Assembly: GCA_938030895.1 (NCBI GenBank)
Contig: CALHIV010000006.1
Location: forward strand, 56,722 to 88,721
Reading direction: 5' to 3'
DNA from: an uncultured Nitrososphaerales archaeon
GTDB taxonomy: Archaea; Thermoproteota; Nitrososphaeria; Nitrososphaerales; Nitrosocaldaceae
DNA length: 32,000 nucleotides
The stretch's first letter is position 1. Each line of letters starts with the position of its first letter. A program made the position numbers and the translations under genes. The notes under the pieces were generated by a model. It saw nothing but the letters and a program-made list of their open reading frames with translations. It did not search any database and was not told where the DNA came from. Below are positions 18,201-27,932 of the stretch, one piece after another.

Positions 18201-19086
18201 TATGGTGAGCCTGTGGTATACCAGATACCTCGTTATCGAAGTACGTTGTTACATGGTACTGGAGTAGATCAACTAGGTCTTGTACTATGAGGGGAGGTGT
18301 ACCTGCCTCCTTGCTCTCCTTCAACCTCTGATTAACTCTTATAATATCTACCAACTTGTGGGTTAGATCATCCTCAGACCTCATACCAGTCTCGAGTATG
18401 ATGGATGGTCTGACTGTGACTGGTGCTACAGGTAGTACTTGGAGGATGAACCACTCTGGTCTAGCGGTATCTGGGTTATAGCCTAAGAGTCTAAGATCAT
18501 CATTAGGTATATTGACTAGCCTCTCCCTTATCGCTATAGGTAGAAGTCTATTCTCCTCCCCATTCTCAGTCTTCTCGAAGAATGTTGTTGGCTTCACAAA
18601 TACTATATCGTACTGCTCTTTGCCACAGTGTGGGCATATCTTTACCTTCTTAGCCTTCTCTATAAGCTCGTCCTTAATCTTCTCAACTGCTAGTTGCGTA
18701 TGTATCTCCCCACTACTCAACCTTGCCTTGTACTCATCAAGTTCACCATTAGAGAGTTTGAGCCTTGAGCAACCTCTACATGTAACCTGCAGTAACTGAT
18801 AGATATCATCAACGAATGATATGTGGAGTACTGGTTCAGCCAACTCTATATGACCAAAGTGTCCAGGGCATCTTGCCGATGTATTACCACAGGTAGCACA
18901 TTTCTGCCCAGGCTCTAATATGCCTAGTCTGCTATCCATCAGTCCTCCTTGCACTGGTAAGCCATCCTCATCGTATGTCTCTGGAGCGGTTATCTCTGCA
19001 ACAGAGTACCTCCTTATCTCACTCGGTGACCATACAGCGAACTTTATCCCAGCTATAACCTTTGTAACCTCCTCTTCTATGCTCAT
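15253..19086 (-). CDS. rpoA: DNA-directed RNA polymerase subunit A, single unsplit polypeptide (A'+A'')
   Basis: [15 protein letters not shown] active-site motif, [30 protein letters not shown] from the A'' part, in one 1277-aa frame. Confidence 0.98.
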   Translation of the reverse strand: [1277 protein letters not shown]

Positions 19087-19109
19087 AATACTACACCTCG
19101 CTCATAATA

Positions 19110-22100
19110 CTACACCTTCTCCTTCAGGATTAGCCTAGGCAGTATGTTGAGGCTCATGATCTCCTGCAGTAATAGTTTGAATGCATATGCTATAGTTACA
19201 GATGATACCCTAGCCTTCTCACCACATATCCTGCAGATGTACCTCCTCTGCTTAGCATCATAGTAACTTATTAGGCCACAACGCTCACATACATACACTT
19301 CAGCCTTATCGGACTCCTCCAGGAGCCTATCCTTCAAGAGCATAGCTGCACCATACCCTATCAAGCAATCCCTCTCCATCTCCCCAAACCTTAGACCTCC
19401 TCCCCTTGCCCTCCCTTCAGTTGGTTGCTTGGTCAGCATCTGTACCTGCCCTCTAGCCCTAGAGTGCATCTTATCTGCAACCATATGGTGCAACTTCTGA
19501 TAGTACACTACACCAATGAATACCTCGGCAGGATACCTCTTCCCTGTCCTACCATCATACATCACCTCCTTCCCTGTGTACTTGAACCCATAGGCCTCGA
19601 GTATAGTTCTTACATCATCAGCCTTCTCACCATAGAATGCTGTTCCATCGATGAACCTTCCATCTAGAGCTGCTGCCTTGCCACTTATAGACTCTATGAA
19701 CTGGCCTACTGTCATCCTAGATGGGAAGGCATGTGGGTTTATTATAACATCTGGTACTATACCCTCTTCAGTGTATGGAAGATCCTCAGGATTGGCTAGA
19801 ACGCCTATGACACCCTTCTGCCCATGCCTAGATGCGAACTTGTCACCTATCTCAGGTATACGCATATCCCTAACCCTGACCTTGTATAGTTTGCCACCTT
19901 CAGTAGACTGAGTCATTATCACTGTATCAACAACCCCAGTCTCCGATGGTCTCATACTAACGCTTGTATCTCTCCTGTATGGGCCCTTCACCTCGAACTC
20001 TTTATACTCCTCCATGAACCTTGGTGGACTAGTTCTACCTATAAGCACGTCTCCTCCAGTAACTACTGCCTCTTGCATAACTACACCATCGGCCTCCAAC
20101 AGTCTATAGAACCTCTCGCCTTTGTAGCCTCTAACATTGGCATCTGATGATGGTATCTCAAAGTTATCCTTCATGCCTCCAGGGTACTGCTTTGCCTCAG
20201 CCTCATATACCCTATAGAAGAAGGACCTTGCTAAACCACGCTCAACAGATGCCTTGTTGACTACTATAGCATCCTCTATGTTGTAGCCTTCGAAGGGTAG
20301 AACAGCGACTATGCAGTTTGTACCAGTAGGCCTCTCCTCTATGCCTAGTAATGGTATCGCTCTAGTCCTAACCAATGGTACCTGAGGATATACAAGGAAG
20401 TGCTGCCTAACATATGTGTTGAAGTTCATCATTGGTGTTGAGAAGCCTAGAGACTGCTTTGCCATAGCAGATTCATAAGTGTTCCTAGGGGACTGATTAT
20501 GCTCTGGATATGGGATCATGGATGCTGCAACCCCAAACATCGCTGCAGGGAATATCTCGAGATGCGTATGCCTCTCAGTTATCTGGGATGGCTCTAATGC
20601 TATGTAGCAGTTCTCCTCCTCATTGGCATCTATCAACTCTATTATGCCTTTATAGAGCAGGTCCTCATAGGATATAAGCCTACGACCCAACTTTGCTAGT
20701 ATATCGTCATTAACCTCATGCTTACCATTGTTCACAACTATGAGTGGCCTTAATACTCTTCCAGCATTGCAGCTAATATATACCCTCTTTGTAGCCTTCT
20801 CAACCTTAGGCTTATAGTAGTATATACCAACATGTGGGTGCAGTTGCCCACTCCTCCTCAATGCCCTCAACCTACTCACGAGCATCTCCCCATCCTTCAC
20901 AAAGCCAACCAGCCTACCATCTACAAAGACCTTGCTACCATCCCTCTTCAGTTCATCTGAAGCATCCTGATGGTAGATCACTCCATGCTCATACAGCGTC
21001 TCTACAACCTCTGCTGCTGGTACAGTCACCGATAGAACTGCAGATAGTGCAAGGTTCTTTACCAATCCACAGTTTGAACCTTCAGGAGTCTCATTGGGGC
21101 ATATCCTACCAAAGTGTGTAGGGTGCAGATCTCTAGCCTCAAAGTTTGGTTGGCTTCTACTCAATGGGGATTGTATCCTCCTAAGATGGCTTATGGTTGA
21201 GAGGTAGTTCGTTCTATCGAGGAGTTGTGTAACACCTACCCTGCCCCTTCCCCAGTTCCCTGTTGCTATAGCATTATTCAGTTTATCTGTTATTATCCCT
21301 GGTCTAACAGCTGCCATTACAGCATTTATGCCGCGCTTCTGACCCGAGCGTTCAAGTTGGTACTTCATATCCCTAACCAGGTTCCTGAACGCTGTCCTAA
21401 ATAGATCTGCAAGCATCTGGCCTGCAAACTTTATTATCTTGTTACCATAGTGGTCCTTATCATCTGGATCTATCCATCCTAGCTTGAGTTCTATAAGCTT
21501 GCATGCCGCTTCACCTATGAATAGTGCCTTATCAAGCCTGTTATCTGGAGTCCTTCCAAGATGAGGCAGTAGACCCCAGTCCAAGAGGTTCTCAGTCCTC
21601 TTCAACTGGAACTCCTCGAGCATGTTTGGTGCTATCCTCTTACTTATATACTCTATAGCCTCTTTGGTGCTTGTAACCTCTGCAGCCTTCTCGAATGAAG
21701 GCTCCAACTCATCCTGAATCTCCGGCTTCACGGATACAGCATCCGCTATCTCCTTATCCGTCTCTAGCCCCAATGCGCGCATCAACACAACCAATGGGAT
21801 ATCAACAGGAGAGCCTGAGATCCTCGCTACTATGGATCCATCCTGCTTCATTACTAACTCCAACTTGGTCCTATAACCAACTATTGAGGAGTATATCTTT
21901 GCTGTATGTACCTTGACTCCACTAACCTCCTCTATATCAACTATGATCTTGTTGTATGAGAGATCCTCCAACCCAACTATGACACGTTCTGATCCGTTTA
22001 TCACAAAGTACCCTCCAGGGTCTTTAGGATCCTCGTTAACCTCTATTAGTTTGCTCTCAGACATGTTATGCAATACGCATAGATTGGATTTTACCATCAC

Positions 22101-22475
22101 TGGTAGATCCCCTATATGTATACCTCTAGTCTCAACTATCCTCCCATCCTCCACTATACTACACTCAACTATTATAGGTGCGGCATATGTTAGGTTCCTA
22201 AGCCTTGCCTCCATGGGAGTTACATAGGTTATCGATCCATCTATCTCTGTAACCCTTGGATACTGTAACTTAATCCTACCAAGCTTAACCTTATATGGAT
22301 ACTCTGGGTTCTCTATCTCTACCTCTCCAACCTCATCTATTATGCTCTGTATCCCTCGTTCTATGAACTCGTTGTAGGAGTTAAGATGCTGTCTAGCAAC
22401 CCCCTCCCTAGTCAGTATATCGTATATTATAGGCCAGAAGCCCTGATGCTTTACCATCGTTGCTGATGTGCTCAT
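19110..22475 (-). CDS. rpoB: DNA-directed RNA polymerase subunit B, unsplit
   Basis: 1121 aa; GYNIEDAIVVNKASVERGLARS, GDKFASRHGQKGVIG, C-terminal CxxC zinc motifs. Confidence 0.98.
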   Translation of the reverse strand: MSTSATMVKHQGFWPIIYDILTREGVARQHLNSYNEFIERGIQSIIDEVGEVEIENPEYPYKVKLGRIKLQYPRVTEIDGSITYVTPMEARLRNLTYAAPIIVECSIVEDGRIVETRGIHIGDLPVMVKSNLCVLHNMSESKLIEVNEDPKDPGGYFVINGSERVIVGLEDLSYNKIIVDIEEVSGVKVHTAKIYSSIVGYRTKLELVMKQDGSIVARISGSPVDIPLVVLMRALGLETDKEIADAVSVKPEIQDELEPSFEKAAEVTSTKEAIEYISKRIAPNMLEEFQLKRTENLLDWGLLPHLGRTPDNRLDKALFIGEAACKLIELKLGWIDPDDKDHYGNKIIKFAGQMLADLFRTAFRNLVRDMKYQLERSGQKRGINAVMAAVRPGIITDKLNNAIATGNWGRGRVGVTQLLDRTNYLSTISHLRRIQSPLSRSQPNFEARDLHPTHFGRICPNETPEGSNCGLVKNLALSAVLSVTVPAAEVVETLYEHGVIYHQDASDELKRDGSKVFVDGRLVGFVKDGEMLVSRLRALRRSGQLHPHVGIYYYKPKVEKATKRVYISCNAGRVLRPLIVVNNGKHEVNDDILAKLGRRLISYEDLLYKGIIELIDANEEENCYIALEPSQITERHTHLEIFPAAMFGVAASMIPYPEHNQSPRNTYESAMAKQSLGFSTPMMNFNTYVRQHFLVYPQVPLVRTRAIPLLGIEERPTGTNCIVAVLPFEGYNIEDAIVVNKASVERGLARSFFYRVYEAEAKQYPGGMKDNFEIPSSDANVRGYKGERFYRLLEADGVVMQEAVVTGGDVLIGRTSPPRFMEEYKEFEVKGPYRRDTSVSMRPSETGVVDTVIMTQSTEGGKLYKVRVRDMRIPEIGDKFASRHGQKGVIGVLANPEDLPYTEEGIVPDVIINPHAFPSRMTVGQFIESISGKAAALDGRFIDGTAFYGEKADDVRTILEAYGFKYTGKEVMYDGRTGKRYPAEVFIGVVYYQKLHHMVADKMHSRARGQVQMLTKQPTEGRARGGGLRFGEMERDCLIGYGAAMLLKDRLLEESDKAEVYVCERCGLISYYDAKQRRYICRICGEKARVSSVTIAYAFKLLLQEIMSLNILPRLILKEKV

Positions 22476-22479
22476 CGCT

Positions 22480-22719
22480 TCACCCCTCTACTACATACCT
22501 GTAGTATATACTTACCCCTGCTGTTGGACTCTTCCTTATTATCTTAACTATATCCCCAGGCTTTGCATTTAGGTTCCTTATCGCTGGATCACTAGCAAGT
22601 ATGAATGGGAGTTGGTTAGGCCTCACGTGGTACCTCTTGAGCACCTCTTCAGCCTCTTCTCTGCTGAGGAGTATATGTTCAGGCACATATTCATGCCTTA
22701 TTACTCTTCTATCACTCAT
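22480..22719 (-). CDS. rpoH: DNA-directed RNA polymerase subunit H
   Basis: 79 aa; [60 protein letters not shown]. Confidence 0.95.
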   Translation of the reverse strand: MSDRRVIRHEYVPEHILLSREEAEEVLKRYHVRPNQLPFILASDPAIRNLNAKPGDIVKIIRKSPTAGVSIYYRYVVEG

Positions 22720-22954
22720 CTACTCTATCACCTACCTACAGAATCTACCCTCGCTAAGACTATTCTACTACCCAAATTTACACCTTTCCCCTGTATTATA
22801 TCTCCACCAGAATAAAGTTTAATAATAAATAAGTAAGGTTAGTGAAAAGGCAATATAAAATAAGGGGTATAGAAGGATTAATAAAATAAATAAATGAATT
22901 TAGGCGAACCTTTTGTACATAAAAGATATATACTATCAGGTATATAGGGTCTCA

Positions 22955-23794
22955 ATGGGTAAATACGGGCATACAGTAGTAGGAGCGTTTGTAGTATCAA
23001 TGATGCTTCTAGCAGTGCCATTTGCAGTTTATGCACAACAACCGATAACCATAACGCTAGATAAACAATCATACAGCACGGGGGATACCCTGAAGGTTAC
23101 AGGCAAGGTATCTAGGGTCATAACAGGGTTGGATGTTATAGTCCAGGTTATGAATGAGAAGAATGTTCAGGCAGCGCTTACACAGGTTACACCAGCAAGT
23201 GATGGTAGTTTCAGTGCAGAGTTCAGACTTGGGGGACCATTGATGAGTAACTCTGGAACATACAAGGTTGTTGTAACATACGGTGATGCTCAGAGTAGTG
23301 CAGAGTTTGCATTCACTGCACAGGCACAACCAACTACGAGAGAGTTTAGTGTGAGGATAAGTGGGATACAGGAGAACATAACGCTCAGAGGTACGATAAC
23401 AGTTGGGGATGTAAAATCAGCTACTCTGGATCAGGACTTCAACAGCATAGTACTAGGGCTCTCTGGCATTAATACTAACAGCAAGATGACGATAACCATA
23501 CCATCCACTGTTATAAAGGAAGAGTTCAGGGATCAGTTCAGGAATATTGAGTTCATAGCATTCAGTGAGGAGAATGACACAGAACTAGAAGCAAAGGTAA
23601 CCAATCATACAGCTAATGAGGCTACCCTCGAGATAGATATACCTGCTGGTATTGAGACCCTAGAGATAGTCATTGTTCCAGAGAATATTGCTGTTGTACC
23701 AGAGTTTGGTGTGATAGCAGCACTAATACTTGCTGTTAGCATAGGTGCCTTTATAGCAGTAAGTAGAAGACAGATGATAAGGGTTCCTCTCTAA
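22955..23794 (+). CDS. Secreted Ig-like surface protein with PEFG-CTERM-type C-terminal sorting signal
   Basis: N-terminal hydrophobic signal MGKYGHTVVGAFVVSMMLLAVPFAVYAQQ; C-terminus VVPEFGVIAALILAVSIGAFIAVSRRQMIR. Confidence 0.8.
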   Translation: MGKYGHTVVGAFVVSMMLLAVPFAVYAQQPITITLDKQSYSTGDTLKVTGKVSRVITGLDVIVQVMNEKNVQAALTQVTPASDGSFSAEFRLGGPLMSNSGTYKVVVTYGDAQSSAEFAFTAQAQPTTREFSVRISGIQENITLRGTITVGDVKSATLDQDFNSIVLGLSGINTNSKMTITIPSTVIKEEFRDQFRNIEFIAFSEENDTELEAKVTNHTANEATLEIDIPAGIETLEIVIVPENIAVVPEFGVIAALILAVSIGAFIAVSRRQMIRVPL

Positions 23795-23802
23795 ATACTC
23801 TC

Positions 23803-23908
23803 CATTTTTATTTTATTTAATTTTATTTAATTCAATTTAATTCAATTCCGTTTAATTTAATTTCGTTTAATTTTACTTAATCTAATTTCAACTAATCTAA
23901 TTTATTTG
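23803..23908. repeat. AT-rich degenerate repeat of the tttaatt type between convergent genes
   Basis: tttttattttatttaattttatttaattcaatttaattcaattccgtttaatttaatttcgtttaatttt... Confidence 0.7.
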
Positions 23909-23948
23909 ATAGCCTCAATAAATGAGGATATAATCGGTTATATGGTTG

Positions 23949-25496
23949 CTACGTAGCAACAGTTATTGGTCTCCTATACCTATCTACTATATCATCTGGT
24001 GTTCTACCAAAGAGTTCCTTGCAGAGCCCTCTAAGGTACCTCATTATAGCCCATGTACCAGCCTTTATGAGCATGGTCATGAAGACCTTCATAGCTGGTC
24101 CATAGGTCTTGTTTCTAACTATTATTGGTATTATATCGTTTATAACCTTAAGGTTATGCTCCCAGCAACGCCAGAATACGGTGAACTGCATCTCGTTAAG
24201 GTTCCTGAAGTGCATAGAGTTACGCTCGTTGAAGTCTTGGTAGAGTAGTGGTGCTATAAGACCCCTCATCCTCATCGCTATGAGACTCTCTATTAGGTCA
24301 AGGGTATCCCTTGTATCATCTGGACTCTCATCTGGCCAGCCTACTATGAGTGTTAATGCAGGGAACCAGTTGTTCTCATTCAGTATTCTGCAACCTTCCT
24401 TCACAACCCAGGGCCACTCCTCTGGCGAGAATGGCTTTGTCTTCATGCCTAGATGCCTCCTTGCTAACCTTGGAGAACCGGTCTCCAAGCCTAGATTTGT
24501 GGCAAGCCATCTCTCATTACTCATACCATTTATCCTACTCAGTTCTTCTATTAGATCTGGTTTTGCAACTACACCTGAGAGCGTCATATGTGTTGTGCCT
24601 ACGAACCTTGCGCCTAGAGACTTCAAGCCCTGCCAGAGGTATGTTATCGCATCCTTGTTAGGGATGAAGTCCTTGTTATCGCAGCCGTAGAGGAGTATCT
24701 CATCAGATTGGAGCCAGATGCTATCGAAGCCATAATCAAGGTTTATCTTCGCCTCCCTCTGTAGTCTTTCTAGGGGAAAGTCCTTCTTAGATCTCTTGTT
24801 AACATCACAAAAGTCACAGCCCCTCCCGCACCCTCTCATCGCTTCTATTAGCGAGTTGACCGTTGGGCCCTGTATCTCTGGTATGTTATCTATATTCCTC
24901 ACCATCGCATGTACCAATGGCTGTACATTGCCTTGCTCTGCGTCCCTGAATAGATCTACTGCGATCTCATCCGCTTCTCCTATCACTACAGAGTCTATAC
25001 CATGTATCCTCATCCTATCGAGCTTCGCCAACTCCCATGAACCGTTACCTCCAACTAGAACCTTGAAGTTGTACCTCTTCTTCAACTGAATTATATTTGC
25101 ACACATCCTCTTGAACTTCATAGCTATATAGGAGAGCTTCTCTGGACTCATAGTGGTGGTCACTGGGGCCATACCTAGAGGGTCCATGACATTTATACCA
25201 ACTACCTTCGTATCTGGACCTATTGCTTTATAGAGCATATCTGGATGGGCTATGAATACCTCATCCCTTCTGTACTCCTTGAGGAGGGCAGCCTCTATCC
25301 TTCTTAACCCACATTGAGCAACCTTCGCCTCCCCAGTTACTGGATCTGTCTCAACGCTTGGGCAGAAGACCTTATCGAATACCCACTCTGGCACAAGTTC
25401 GTATGGCCCACAGGCTATGAAACCATACAGGAAGTTACCCCTGTAATTTGTTGTTAGGCTTCTATCTGCAGTCAGCACTATGCGCTTACCGCTCAT
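23949..25496 (-). CDS. B12-binding-type radical SAM protein
   Basis: MRGCGRGCDFCDVN radical SAM CxxxCxxC motif; preceding ~200 aa with VLVGGNGSWEL and GIDSVVIGEADEIAVDL resembles the B12-binding arrangement. Confidence 0.8.
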   Translation of the reverse strand: MSGKRIVLTADRSLTTNYRGNFLYGFIACGPYELVPEWVFDKVFCPSVETDPVTGEAKVAQCGLRRIEAALLKEYRRDEVFIAHPDMLYKAIGPDTKVVGINVMDPLGMAPVTTTMSPEKLSYIAMKFKRMCANIIQLKKRYNFKVLVGGNGSWELAKLDRMRIHGIDSVVIGEADEIAVDLFRDAEQGNVQPLVHAMVRNIDNIPEIQGPTVNSLIEAMRGCGRGCDFCDVNKRSKKDFPLERLQREAKINLDYGFDSIWLQSDEILLYGCDNKDFIPNKDAITYLWQGLKSLGARFVGTTHMTLSGVVAKPDLIEELSRINGMSNERWLATNLGLETGSPRLARRHLGMKTKPFSPEEWPWVVKEGCRILNENNWFPALTLIVGWPDESPDDTRDTLDLIESLIAMRMRGLIAPLLYQDFNERNSMHFRNLNEMQFTVFWRCWEHNLKVINDIIPIIVRNKTYGPAMKVFMTMLIKAGTWAIMRYLRGLCKELFGRTPDDIVDRYRRPITVAT

Positions 25497-25613
25497 CTAT
25501 GCAGATCTTGGCATCATAGTATAAAACTCTTTTTATAGCATTCACATTATGCTTAGTGTTTAATCTACAACCTATAGCGTAAGGGATTAATAGTTATTCG
25601 TGTTATACTTCAT

Positions 25614-26015
25614 ATGCTTAGCAACCATGCTGGTATGGGTGAGGGTAAGGCAAACCTATGGGTATTCCATGAAGAGGTTATGCATGGTGATGAGAGCGTC
25701 GAGGAGTCATGGATAGTTATAGTTGAGAGGAGTAAGTACAGCCTCTTTGGATTCAAGGTTGTACAGGAGAAGAGTTCGATATACCCAGGGTATCCAGGTT
25801 ACGTTACAAATACCATAACAGCATTGGATAGCATCTCTGCTTTAATGGAGATGGAGAGGCTTCAGAGTAAAGATGATGTAGAGCATACAAGGGTTGGAAT
25901 AGGTGATGATGATGCAGATAGATGGTACGATATGTTGGTTGGCCTATCAGATATAACGAGTAGAGTACCGAACCCTGCAAGGGATATACTTAACAGTGTA
26001 GCAACATTACACTAA
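25614..26015 (+). CDS. Hypothetical protein
   Basis: 133-aa ORF in a non-overlapping intergenic slot with codon usage like its neighbours. Confidence 0.5.
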   Translation: MLSNHAGMGEGKANLWVFHEEVMHGDESVEESWIVIVERSKYSLFGFKVVQEKSSIYPGYPGYVTNTITALDSISALMEMERLQSKDDVEHTRVGIGDDDADRWYDMLVGLSDITSRVPNPARDILNSVATLH

Positions 26016-26072
26016 CTATATTTTGTTGCATATATTAGTAAATAATATATCATAGTTGACTAGATTAAGGTT

Positions 26073-26960
26073 ATGGGCAAGACAGAAAGATTCACAGGGC
26101 TCAATGTAGATCTTGAGAGGTTGGCAAATAGGATACAGATGTACTTGCAGGAGAACGGGTTCGAGGTTGCATACTCAAAGGATCCTACTGCTCCACCATC
26201 GTGGTTCTTCATACAGGCTAGGAAGGTAAGTGCTCTAAGGAGTATAGCAGGTGCAAGGAGGAGCACAGACATAACGATAAAGGGCAGACCAGATGACTTT
26301 GAGGTCAGTATAAGCACTGGGGAGTGGGGTAAGAATATGCTCTCATCCGTCCCTCTATTCATAGTACCAATAGTTGGGATAACTGCTACAGTAGCAAAGC
26401 TGTACACTGCAAAGAGTTTCGAATCGAACCTATGGAAGTACATAAAGGATCAGGCTAGGTTCTTGAGCAACAGTGTAGTACAGATAGGCAGAGAGGGTGG
26501 TGAGAGGTTGGATAAGAGGGTTTATGATTGTGATTATGTTGAGGGTTATCCAGGCTGGAGTGAGAGTGTTGAAGGTGGAAAACTCATACTGGAGAGGAGC
26601 AGGGATGGGAGCAATAGGGTATTATTCACATCAGGCAAGGGAGATATAGTGATACCTGCTAGTAGCATACAGCAAGCGCAGATAATAGCAAGGAGGAAAG
26701 GTCTGCATGAACATGACCTCATGATACAGATGGTTGTTAAGCAGAATGGGAAGAGCATAAAGCCTGTATTCAACCTGAGGGATGATATAATCGGTGGTGT
26801 ACTCGCAGGTATAAACGAACTTGTGAGCGAAGAGAGAGCGTTGAAGAGCATAGAACATGCAAGTGTTATAACAGATGTAAGATACTGCATAAAGTGTGGC
26901 GCAGAGATACCAAAGAGTGCAAAGTTCTGCTCGCAGTGTGGTGCACCGCAACCGTCTTAA
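26073..26960 (+). CDS. Hypothetical protein with hydrophobic segment and C-terminal zinc ribbon
   Basis: MLSSVPLFIVPIVGITATVAKLYTA segment; C-terminal YCIKCGAEIPKSAKFCSQCGAPQPS. Confidence 0.75.
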   Translation: MGKTERFTGLNVDLERLANRIQMYLQENGFEVAYSKDPTAPPSWFFIQARKVSALRSIAGARRSTDITIKGRPDDFEVSISTGEWGKNMLSSVPLFIVPIVGITATVAKLYTAKSFESNLWKYIKDQARFLSNSVVQIGREGGERLDKRVYDCDYVEGYPGWSESVEGGKLILERSRDGSNRVLFTSGKGDIVIPASSIQQAQIIARRKGLHEHDLMIQMVVKQNGKSIKPVFNLRDDIIGGVLAGINELVSEERALKSIEHASVITDVRYCIKCGAEIPKSAKFCSQCGAPQPS

Positions 26961-27097
26961 GATCTTTAATCCTCCATAAATCTATAACAATTTTTATTGT
27001 TCTAAAGGTTAGAACAGCGTATACTAATGTTATTTGTATAGTTCTAAAGTATAGGCTTAATCTTGGTGCACGTGTATATAATGGCGAGGGATGACAA

Positions 27098-27913
27098 ATG
27101 GTAAACAGGATGAGCAAGAGGATGATGGGTATTACAGGTATAGGCATAGTATTTGCCCTACTTGCATTCATGGCAGTGCAGTATACAGCAATGGATGCAA
27201 AGGCTGAGGAGCAAGGTAATACAAAAGGTGTAGAGAGGATAGAACTCTCAGTTATGGGGAATGCAACCGAGATGATCAAACCTGATAGAGCTGGTGTAAG
27301 CGTTGTGGTTGAGGTTCAGGAGAAGACAGCGGGAGAAGCAGCAAGGAAGAATGCAGAGATCATGAACCATGTTATAGAGGCTATAAAGGCTATAGGTATA
27401 AGGGAGGAGCAGATAAGCACAGATTACTATACCATATATCCTGTCTATGAGCCTCGTAGCAAGGGTGAAGCATGTATAACGATATATCCTCCATCACCAG
27501 AGTGCTTTGAGCAGGTTCTAGTTGGCTACAAGGCTGTGAACAGCATAACGGTAAGGGTGGAGCTTGATAAGGCACAAGATATAGGTAGGGTTATAGATGC
27601 TGCTGTGAGTGCTGGAGCAAACCGGGTTTATGGAGTGAGTTTCTTCATCTCCCAAGAGAGGCTCGATGCTGCAAAGGCTTCGTTACTAGACAAGGCTGCA
27701 AAGGATGCAAGGAGCAAGGCTGAGAGTGTTGCTAAAGCACTCAACCTGAACGTAGTTGGGGTTAAGAGCGTGGACATAATAGATGGTTACTACCCTGGAC
27801 CAATATACTACAGCCCTGTAAGGGTTGATATGGCAGAGGCAACGACACCGATAATACCAAGTGAGCAGAGTATATCTGCATCTGTGCAGGTAGTATTCTG
27901 GCTGGAGCAATAG
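27098..27913 (+). CDS. SIMPL-domain (DUF541) secreted protein
   Basis: N-terminal TM/signal, then ELSVMGNATEMIKPDRAGVSVVVEVQEKTAGEAARKNAEIMNHVIEAIKAIGI. Confidence 0.85.
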   Translation: MVNRMSKRMMGITGIGIVFALLAFMAVQYTAMDAKAEEQGNTKGVERIELSVMGNATEMIKPDRAGVSVVVEVQEKTAGEAARKNAEIMNHVIEAIKAIGIREEQISTDYYTIYPVYEPRSKGEACITIYPPSPECFEQVLVGYKAVNSITVRVELDKAQDIGRVIDAAVSAGANRVYGVSFFISQERLDAAKASLLDKAAKDARSKAESVAKALNLNVVGVKSVDIIDGYYPGPIYYSPVRVDMAEATTPIIPSEQSISASVQVVFWLEQ

Positions 27914-27932
27914 ACAGGCTTATAGACAAGCC

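Noticed and set aside
15485-22227. Many ORFs of 60-190 aa on the + strand antisense to rpoA and rpoB
   Set aside because: They lie opposite long, clearly conserved CDSs, are Ser/Leu/Pro-rich as expected from shadow frames, and show no recognisable motifs.
26401-26440. tRNA T-arm-like string tttcgaatcgaacct
   Set aside because: It lies within the coding frame (SFESNLW) and no acceptor/anticodon stems surround it; no tRNA was found by eye in this window.
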